The position numbers and the translations under genes were made by a program. A stretch of DNA of 62,963 bases, counting the filler, from Octopus bimaculoides (Eukaryota), in assembly GCF_001194135.2 (NCBI RefSeq). It is 4 parts of 4 records of this genome, joined end to end, with 100 filler letters (N's around TTAATTAATTAA, not from the genome) between each part and the next. Parts side by side here need not be neighbours in the genome. Positions count along the whole stretch, not along the records: positions 37,267 to 60,455 come from NC_068990.1; positions 60,556 to 62,963 come from NC_068988.1; 2 more parts are not named here. The stretch is one strand, 5' to 3'. The notes under the pieces were generated by a model. The model saw nothing but the letters and a program-made list of their open reading frames with translations. It made no database searches and had not been told where the DNA came from. Shown one piece after another: positions 54,146-62,963 of the stretch (positions are counted from its first letter, which is position 1; each line of letters begins with the position of its first letter).

Positions 54146-55580
54146 GTAGGTGGTTATTGACTTTATGACTGTCCCAAAGTACAACAACAGCAATTTCAAC
54201 AAAGTGTTGTACTAAAATTCTTGCACAACAGATTCAAAAAAGAAATATTTAAATGACATTTATTTAATTATTAAATTGTTATGCAACTGTTTAATTGTGA
54301 GATATAATAATGGTTTCTAATTCAGACACAAGGCTGTCTACTTTATTTTATCGACCCTGAAAATATGAAAGCACTCAATACATTCTGTAAAGTTGTTGGC
54401 ATTAGGAAGAGCATCCAGCAATAGAAACTTTGCCAAAGCAGACATTGGAATAGGATGCAGTCCCTAAACCTGTTGGATCCTCTCAAACCATCTAACCCAT
54501 GCTAGCATGGAATATAGAATACTGAATGATGATGATGATGAAGTGATATAGTGATATGAAAATTTAATTTGAGTTGTGTTTCTATAATTTCAAAACATGT
54601 GTACTGGATGGAGTTTTCAAATCATTAGCACTTATGAGATCACCATGTAACCTGGGGAAGGTAGCTTTATGCTGGGAGATGAGAATTTAAAGTATGAAAG
54701 ATGGAGCCAGAGCAGAAAGGGTTTATTGTTGTAGAGGATATAAAGGGTCATTCACATATCAGAAGAAAGAGTGAGAGTGATTTGGAGTGGGGAGTTAGAA
54801 AGAGGTAAAAAAAAAAAGTAGTGAAGATATTTCTGGGTGAATGTTTAAAGTATGAGGTAAATAGCAGCAGGGAGAGAAGAATAGGGAATGTGAGTGGATG
54901 GAGTTTATAAGAATGTGTAGAAGAGTGGGAGATGGGAAAGGGTGACGAGGTGGATCTAATGCATGAAGAACAAGTGTTGAGTGGAGGAGGAGGGGTTAGG
55001 GAAGAGTAGGTGACAACTGTAGAGATTGGATAAGGTGTGGGGTGGGTGGATAAGCAATGCATTCAACATATTTGTATGCAGCAATGCCCCTAACCCATGC
55101 TAGCTTGGAAAAATGGATGTACAATGAATATTCAAATATATATATGTGAGATAAATGCTTAAATATTTCTTTGAGCAATGTTGGGTGGTGAGAAGTTAGA
55201 CAAAATATATAAAGTGATATGAATAATGGAAAAAGATATTGTATTACCTAACATCGGTTGATTTATGAACCTATAATGGTCTGCTCATGACAGCACATTT
55301 CTCAGAACTCTATCTTTTCTTACTTCTATTTGAAAAGATGAATTTTTCCCAAGATAGTATAGGATCATTTTAAACAATCTATGTACGATAAAACAATATC
55401 GTTCCCTCTTTGTCTTCATTCATTAACATTATCTTAGGTATTTTGTTTAATTCCTCACATGCACTGCTCAAAGAATTTCCATTTTTTTTTCTCAAATATT
55501 TCATTTACACATAATTACAATGCTTCAAAAAAATTACAACACTCTACTCTTTGGACAAACACACACAAACATGCACATAC

Positions 55581-55646
55581 CAATGTGTATAGGAATTTTT
55601 CCTGTGTCTCCCTTTTCTTTCTGGTGTTGGAGAGCTCAAATTTTTC
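55581..55646 (-). CDS. ITGA: Integrin alpha exon carrying the furin-type heavy/light chain cleavage site
   Basis: ttctattgcag acceptor and gtatgt donor; 66 nt, phase 0/0; EKFELSNTRKKRETQEKFLYTL, with RKKR at the expected position before the calf-2 Cys pair. Confidence 0.85.
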
Positions 55647-56552
55647 CTGCAATAGAAAACATTGAAATTAAATTATATAAGCAAAATTGAAAGAAAGAAG
55701 AATCTAGTTTTCCCACATTTTCATTTTAATTCTTGATTAGAAACTGATCCTAAAATTATAATTTTTCAGACAATTAGCCTCAGTTTTAGAGATGAAGTTT
55801 TCTGTTCAGTATTACACTTCCATCAATTTGATCTGATGTCATCATTAAGTGTCTTATTACTGACTCAAGTAGTTGACACAACTATTAAGGTCAAATCAAG
55901 TTTAACCCCATAGCATTCAGATTGCTCTGCCAAATGTAATACTTATTTATTCAGGTTGTTTTGAATTAATCAAGTATTATCTCATAGCTTCAAGATTTCA
56001 ATGATGTGATTATTTATTCTAAGAAAGACATTGTAGAGTAGGTGTGAGAGGCCAGATCTGTCTGGTTTGAACATAAAACAGATAGAATATTTAGGCCTCT
56101 GATATAGCCAGTTTAATTGCTAAAGGGTTATATCAGGAATAAAACACCCAATGATGATTAGCAGTGAAACTAGTCAAAGTATAGTGTAGATCTAAGATGG
56201 AGTGAGGTGGGAGAGAAGTCACTGAGAAGGTTGCAAATGGTGATGAAAGAATTTTGATGTAAAAAAAAAAAAGAAAAAGGATTGACTGTATAACCAACTA
56301 GTTAAAAAAAAATCAGTTAGTTGGTTGAATAGATATTTAGCTAATTGACTAATAATAAAGAAGTGGAATTGGTGCATGTGTTATTAATATTACCATAATG
56401 ACTCTCCCAATAAGCAGCAAAATTTTAAAAAAATATTTCATCTCTAAAGAGGAGATTAATAACCTCAAAATTTTACATAAGATATTTATTACAATAGGAT
56501 ATTTAAAATTGTTGATTTCAAAGCTCCATTATTGTAGTGCTTTAGTGCTTTG

Positions 56553-56959
56553 CAGGGCTGGGTTAAGACCCATAGAGGCCTTAAGCACTTAAAAGATTTT
56601 GGTGACCCCCATATACATGTGATTCAAACTATAAACCATAATATGCCATAAAATAAATTTTTATGTTTCAAAAGGAAACAAAACTAAGACAGAAAATAAA
56701 GTTTATTTTTGTACACTTCTACTTTATTTATATTTGAAAAGTATTCTCCTACTTTTTTTTAATTGCAAAGTCTTTGATCATATCCTCAAAATTAATCTCA
56801 AAATTAACATATCTGCTTCCATACTTAATAGAGAAAAGGTATCCCAAATATAAATTTAGCAATTTAAAGCACTTTTTTTTTGTGCTGTAAACCATTTTCT
56901 ATGGTGTCCCCTTTCCTTTGATGCCATAAGTGTATGCTTATTTTGCTTAATCAGCACTG
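56553..56959. mobile_element. hAT-type MITE with 8-bp target-site duplication
   Basis: Imperfect TIRs cagggctgggttaag / cttaatcagcactg; GTGCTTTG duplicated at 56545-56552 and 56960-56967. Confidence 0.85.
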
Positions 56960-57067
56960 GTGCTTTGTATCCTGAAAGATGTTGTGGGAGGGATGCACTT
57001 GAAGCTCTTAGAAAGGCTACCAATTTTATGAAGTACCAATGAAGAAATACTAGGTTGCAGTTGTTAC

Positions 57068-57229
57068 CTGCGTAATGTGTGGTGTAGTTTCCACTACACA
57101 GGATCCTTCTCCAGAAATGATAGTAGGGATTCCAACTAGTTCAAGCAAAGGGTTTCCCTTCACGTCATAGCTTGGCCATTGAATTGTTAATGTGCTCTTG
57201 GAGACATCACTATCTCCTTTGTTTCTCAT
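57068..57229 (-). CDS. ITGA: Integrin alpha, coding exon (calf-2 start), most 5' exon found in window
   Basis: ttttcag acceptor and gtaac donor; 162 nt, phase 0/0; MRNKGDSDVSKSTLTIQWPSYDVKGNPLLELVGIPTIISGEGSCVVETTPHITQ matches the integrin alpha calf-2 pattern RNxGxS...LxIxWP...GxxLL. Confidence 0.9.
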
Positions 57230-58652
57230 CTGAAAAACAAATACATACATATATATATATACATTTGTATATATACCCCAAAATCTCTCACACACACACA
57301 CACACACAAATATATATATACACACACATACATACATACACATACACACACACACACACACATATATAAATATGATATAAAAAGACATGGGTATGTGGTT
57401 AAGTTTATTTTTTAACCATGTGGTTTTGGGTTCAGTCCCACTGCATGGCCCCTTGGGCAAGTGTCTTCTGTTTCAGCACTGGGCCAACCAAAACCATGTG
57501 AGTGGTTTTGGTGTGTATATGCATGTGTGTGTGGATATATGTATAAATAAAGTTACATGAAGCAACGTTGAATAGAATATATTCTCTAATATGAAAATAC
57601 TTTCTGCATAGAAATAAGCCTAGGAAAAAATTGTGCTTCAAGACATGTTAAGACGCACACTGGGCTGTGAATGATGCCGTTTGATTGCAAGAAGCAGGCA
57701 TAATGCAGAAGGACCTGAGGCCTATGATCTAATGGTGTCATGCACAGCCCAATGTGTTTTCACATTTTGTCAGGGAGCAGAATTTTCTTTCTTAGCTATT
57801 TCCACAACAGAAGGTTTTCTCACTTCCAAATAAACTCAATTGTGTTATATATCTATGTAATCTTGTCTGTGTAGAGGACATTTGCATGTCAAAACAGGTG
57901 TTGTATGATGATCTGGAGCAAGGAAAGCATCTTCAGGGCAAGCTACAAACATATTTCTGTCAGTATGAAATGACTTGTAAGTCCGTTGCAGACTTTAGGA
58001 GCCATACAGGATGTTATCAATGATGGGGAAACCAAACTTAAGATGTGTCTTAGAGTGAAATGGGCCTAGAAAGTGATATATATCCATCATATATATATAA
58101 TATCAGACACACACAGTGTCTTGCATCCTGAGTATCATGTCACCAAAATCTTCAAGTGGTGTGAAATTTGAGTTGTGAGAAACTCGGAAAATTTCAGTTT
58201 CAATAAATAAACTCTACCCTGAAGCAGTGGCATGAAATTCAGTATATCTGTTGCGGAGTTTCTTGCTTTCAATTCTCAGAAAATATTGAGTAAACAAAAA
58301 TTAGGGTCAAAACGAAAATAGTGAAGGGGATCAGAGTAGAGATATTTTCGTCTTTCACAAGTTTGGAGTGGTTCACATTAAAAGAAAAAAAAAAATGAAA
58401 CTGTGCAGCTGTTATCACCATCATCATCATATTGTGCTTGATATAAATGAAGTGATGGGGAGGGAGGGAATTTTCCAGTGGGAGAAAGCGTCAAGGGAAA
58501 AGAAGACAAAGGAAGCAGAAATAAATTGGGGTAAATATGTATAATAAAAGAATAGGGAACCATAGGCATGTATGAAAGGTATATATGAATATGTAAAGAC
58601 GTAAGTTAATCAAACAAGTGGTGTGCCCTAGTGGGCAGTTATTGTAAGGGAG

Positions 58653-58893
58653 GTAACCACTACGCCATATGCCCATGGGCATATGGTGTAATTAACCCCA
58701 AGATTCCAAGTTCGATTCCTGGCAGTGACCTGAATAATAATAATGACAACAACATCGAAAAATACCTTAGGAATGAGAACCCAGGTTCGAAATTTCCCCA
58801 AGACACCTGATGGAGGCTAGAGGGTATTTCAGCCAAAACGTTGTGTTAACAACAAACAAGATGAGAACAAATATCCGTCAAAAGTGAATAATG
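58653..58893 (+). mobile_element. tRNA-headed SINE-like element with hammerhead-like module and 5' inverted duplication
   Basis: GGGCATATGG head; B-box-like AGTTCGATTCC (58709-58719); palindrome 58661-58690 whose inverted arm reads TGGCGTAGTGG (A box); AAT spacer; hammerhead-like fold at 58803-58846. Confidence 0.7.
58803..58846 (+). ncRNA. Degenerate minimal type I hammerhead ribozyme motif (Penelope-type)
   Basis: ACAC-CTGATGG-A-GGCT..AGCC-AAAA-CG-TT-GTGT: stem I ACAC/GTGT, stem II GGCT/AGCC, palindromic AACGTT at stem III. Two core substitutions relative to CUGANGA/GAAA. Confidence 0.6.
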
Positions 58894-59238
58894 TTTGAAT
58901 TTTAAATCAAAGAATAAAGAAGATGCATTGAATATATATATTTCATATTTTATTCTTACTCATTAGAAACATGTTGAGATTTTTAGTCATGGATATAGAT
59001 GAGTGAAATAAAAANNNNNNNNNNNNNNNNNNNNNNNNNNNNNNNNNNNNNNNNNNNNNNNNNNNNNNNNNNNNNNNNNNNNNNNNNNNNNNNTTTATAG
59101 GCAGAAGGCCTGGAGATTTTGGGGGTGAGGAATTAGTTGATTACATCGATCCCAGTACTTGACTGGTACTTATTTTATAGAACTTGAAAGGATGAAAGGC
59201 AAAGTCAATCCCAGTGGAATTTATAATGAGGAGGAAAA

Positions 59239-59470
59239 TATTGGGTTGTCCGGAAAGTTCGTGCCGATTTTTAAAGGAAAGAAAAAGGTCAATAAATACT
59301 TGCCATTACATTTTTAATCAACCAAATATGAACCATTTTGTAGCACAATGCGTCTCCATCTTTCCTTTGACTTGAAAATACCCTCTTCCCAGAATTGAGG
59401 TGGTTTCATGGCAAATAAGTCGAAAGGTAAGCTACAATAAATCGGCACGAACTTTCCGAACAACCCAATA
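59239..59470 (-). mobile_element. Non-autonomous mariner (Tc1/mariner) internal-deletion derivative
   Basis: About 30-bp TIRs ttgggttgtccggaaagttcgtgccgattt / aaatcggcacgaactttccgaacaacccaa, flanked by TA; the minus strand encodes the mariner C-terminus FWEEGIFKSKERWRRIVLQNGSYLVD*. Confidence 0.92.
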
Positions 59471-59853
59471 TTTCAACATCGTAAATAGAAGCAGGGGAGA
59501 TAACTCAGAGACAGCAAAGAAATATGAAATAGGGAAATTTTTCAATAAAGGAAGCGAAGGGAAGACCTGTGTGTGTCACATTTAAGATTGAAAGCTTAAT
59601 TCCTGGACCCAGGGAAGTGCATTGTGTTCTTGAACAAAACACTTTATTTCACATAACTCTCTAATTAGTGTGACATCTGATGTGTGGCACACTGTGCTTG
59701 TACAAGCAATGTCAATTTGATGGAAGAAGTGAGCTGTAATATGCAACACAAACATTTGATCACCAGAAATATATCATCTGTGCAGGTTGTTCAGCAGAAA
59801 ATTGCAGAACCATCTTTGTCAGACAGAGAGACTGTGATTTATATATATATATA

Positions 59854-60040
59854 CATAATTAAGGGATCAGCAAATATTTGATCCCTTAATTATGTTTATA
59901 AATATATATGAGCTTTTAAATAAGTTCTCCACCAATAATGGTGCTTACATACCGATGGGCTTGGTAAAAATTATTAATTATTAATTGTTGATTTATTAAT
60001 GAATTAATAAATTGATAATCCTTTACCCTTTTAATTTGTA
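59854..60040 (+). mobile_element. Same dispersed repeat, copy 3, with short 5' inversion
   Basis: Reverse complement of copies 1 and 2; begins with the fold-back ataattaagggatc-agcaaatattt-gatcccttaattat; ends in (TA)n. Confidence 0.75.
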
Positions 60041-60371
60041 TATATATATATATATATAAGGATTTACTTTTCGTAATGAGATAAAAAAACTAAGGCTGTG
60101 TATATTTTAATACGGTGGTTGTCTACTCCTTATGCAGAGTTTGACCACCCCCTGTGCCTACACCTTAGAACCATCATGGCATCTAATGTGGCCCTTTTAA
60201 ACCAGACAATGTTTTGGAAAGACACCACATAGACTGCATATCTGATCTGGACAACTAAGAGCTGCAGTTAAATTCTGATCTTTGTGGATCTTAAAATGTC
60301 TTTTGAGGCCTCTGTTAGATTTGCAGACCTTCTGGCTTACATTGCATTGAAAGGCAGAATAGTTGATATAC

Positions 60372-60414
<43 letters not shown>

Positions 60415-60455
60415 ATAGACATAGGAGTGGCTGTGCGGTAAGAAGATCGCTTCCC

Positions 60456-60555
60456 NNNNNNNNNNNNNNNNNNNNNNNNNNNNNNNNNNNNNNNNNNNNT
60501 TAATTAATTAANNNNNNNNNNNNNNNNNNNNNNNNNNNNNNNNNNNNNNNNNNNN
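60456..60555. other. Artificial scaffold spacer 44N-TTAATTAATTAA-44N
   Basis: Same structure as at 21809-21908. Confidence 0.95.
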
Positions 60556-60719
60556 ATATTTGAAAAGATTTGTAAATGTACCAGATATTAAAGATAAATA
60601 AAAATGAAAATGCCACTTTTAAAAAAGAAATGGGTTTTAATTAATTTGCATTACATGTTTCGTTTTTTTTTAAAAACCTTATCAAAAATGAGTATAAAAT
60701 ATGTGAGACGAGGAGAGGG

Positions 60720-61752
60720 TTATTAATAAAATAAAAATAATTATTTTATATTTAACAATGAATACTTCCGACAAAAATCGGGAACTGCAATGGGAACATG
60801 GACTGCGCCTTCTTTTGCGAACCTGGTAATGGGCTATCTCGAGATTAAACTATACCAAAGAACACTCGAGAAATATGGAAGCTCCTTTTACACCTACATA
60901 CAAACCAACTGGAAAAGATATCTCGATGACTGTTTCATCATCTGGAATGAAAGTATAGAAAAACTCAACGAATTCCAAACACTTCTAAATGGAATATACG
61001 AAAACCTCCAATTTACGATGGAATACAACAATAAACAACTACCGTTTTTAGATATCCTCATAAAGAAAGTCGGGAACAAGATAGAGACAGATATCTATTA
61101 TAAACCCACGGACTCGAAACAGTACTTACCATTGGATTCTTATCACCCGAGACACAACAGGACTAATATCCCATTTTATTTAGCTAAAAGAATACGCACT
61201 ATAGCATCAGATGCAGACACCCGTTATACACGACTCCAGGAATTGAAATCCACACTCATAAATAGCAACTATCCACAGCCCTTAATCGAAAATACGATCC
61301 AAAGAGTACTTCAATTAAATACACAAGAACTTAGACAACCAAGACCCAAAAAGGAAGAAAAATAAAAAAACCCTGCCTTACATCTCCACACACAACCCAC
61401 ATAACAATGAGGCCTTCAACAACATACTCCACAGCACAGCTCTACTCAAGAAAGACCCAAAAATGAACCAAATCCTCAAGACACATACAATCATCAAAAG
61501 TAAGAGGCAACCAAAATCAATGAAAAAGATTTTAACTCAGGCCAAATTACACTCAACAATAACCACTAAACCAACAGTAAAATATGCGGGAGACCCAACT
61601 GTGGGATTTGTGTCAACGTAATAGAAGGATCGGAACACCGATTAGAACAAGGCCCTAATTTCACAATAAAAACTAATTTTACATGTGCATCGGAGAGCTT
61701 GATCTACCTAATTACATGCTCTGGATGCAAACGGCAATATATTGGACACACT
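60720..61752 (+). mobile_element. Penelope-like retroelement fragment (Neptune-type), RT C-half + linker + start of GIY-YIG endonuclease, frameshifted
   Basis: NNYFIFNNEYFRQKSGTAMG...WKRYLDDCF...LPFLD...YYKPTDSKQYL...SYHPRH. After frameshifts near 61360 and 61583 it reads CGRPNCGIC...NFTCASESLIYLITCSGCKRQYIGHT. Confidence 0.92.
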
Positions 61753-62911
61753 ATAATATAATTATAGCCAATTAAGTTCATCAGATATTTAATTTCGATT
61801 TGCAGTCGACTCATGAAAAGAAATACCAAAACTCCGGATGATGAATAAGCATCTATTTTTTTCCTATTTTGTTTAGACGTTATCTACGCCCATATACTGT
61901 TTGGGGATTTCCTTTCATGGGTCGTGAAAGTCGAAATGAAAATGTCTGATGAAGTGGATTGGCTGTAAATTTATGATACATCAATATATAACCTTGCGTG
62001 TAATATGACAGAACTGGGCATTCTTCGAAGCGTACATAACATTATATCAACTTCATTCCTTCAATAAAATTATACATACATGCGCACGCACACAAACACA
62101 CACGCACGCGCACACAATTAAAGTTATGTTGCAAAAAACAATTCCTGCTAATACATGGATCAGAACTAAACAGATTAAGTATCTGTCGTCAGATGTGTGT
62201 TAGCATCAGATCACTTTTAGTCCTCAACAAAACGACGTGGTTTGGACACATTCTTGATTTTGTATATTTTCCATCTTTGAATTGATAACGATTTTGAATT
62301 GTTTATTCAGCTTTTCATTTTATATTTGGGTCTCTGCAATCAAGCCACAAAATCTGAAATGAAATACTATTGCTCTTCTTTCAAATTTTTTGCAGGAGTT
62401 TGCAGCTTACAAGGAGGCCCTTGCAAGGTATATAAAGTGGTCTTGCTAAAGCGCTGCATCGTGTTTTTACTTTGGTCGATTATTCAGCCATTCATGTAAG
62501 ATTGATTTTGGTCATCTTTGTTTTCGGGTGCCCGATGATGTGGGAAGATTTTGTAAGACGTAATGCACAAATAATGAATGAAATCCCATGCTACTAAAAC
62601 ATATGTAAAAAGGGCCGAATTGCTATCGCCTATTCTACTTTTATTACACACACATGCATATTAAGCACATTTATAAGGCATTCATAATACATACATACAC
62701 GCATACACATATGTATATCTGCATTATGTATTGATTTGCATTTCTCCCGCTTCTAAAACGAAACACTGGCATGTACACATAGCTATGTCATTAATAAGAA
62801 GGTATGCAACAATGTTTGGAAATATTCTCCAGGGCAGAGATCTGGAGAAATTTTTTTATAATAGAATACGAGCTGTTATTTATGCAGCCAGTCTCCAACC
62901 TCTATGCCATA

Positions 62912-62963
<52 letters not shown>

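Noticed and set aside
58677-58730. Genuine tRNA gene
   Set aside because: The D arm/anticodon region is deleted and it continues into repeat sequence; it is a SINE head.
62299-62499. Plus-strand exon candidate EFAAYKEALARY after ttttttgcag
   Set aside because: Runs into a stop within 18 codons, the donor is weak, and no homology was recognised.

Overview
Eukaryotic draft-assembly window, extremely rich in microsatellites and N gaps. The SINE families and simple repeats resemble those of octopus (coleoid cephalopod); this assignment is recognition, not a database result. Three identical artificial spacers (44 N + TTAATTAATTAA + 44 N) divide it into four blocks. Bases 1-37 kb are gene-poor and CpG-retaining, with decayed LINE fragments (RTE-like, R4/Dong-like), SINEs, a hAT MITE and a possible ADP-ribosyltransferase-fold pseudogene. 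Bases 37.3-60.4 kb are CpG-depleted and hold the last six coding exons of an integrin alpha gene on the minus strand (calf-2, RKKR furin site, TM helix, GFFKR tail, stop), plus one orphan plus-strand exon candidate. Bases 60.6-63 kb contain a frameshifted Penelope-like (Neptune-type) RT + GIY-YIG fragment. The most interesting signal is a set of hammerhead-ribozyme-like motifs in non-coding repeats, including a tRNA-headed SINE-like element with a minimal Penelope-type hammerhead and a 5' inversion. Nearly all long ORFs in the supplied track are microsatellite or N-gap artefacts.
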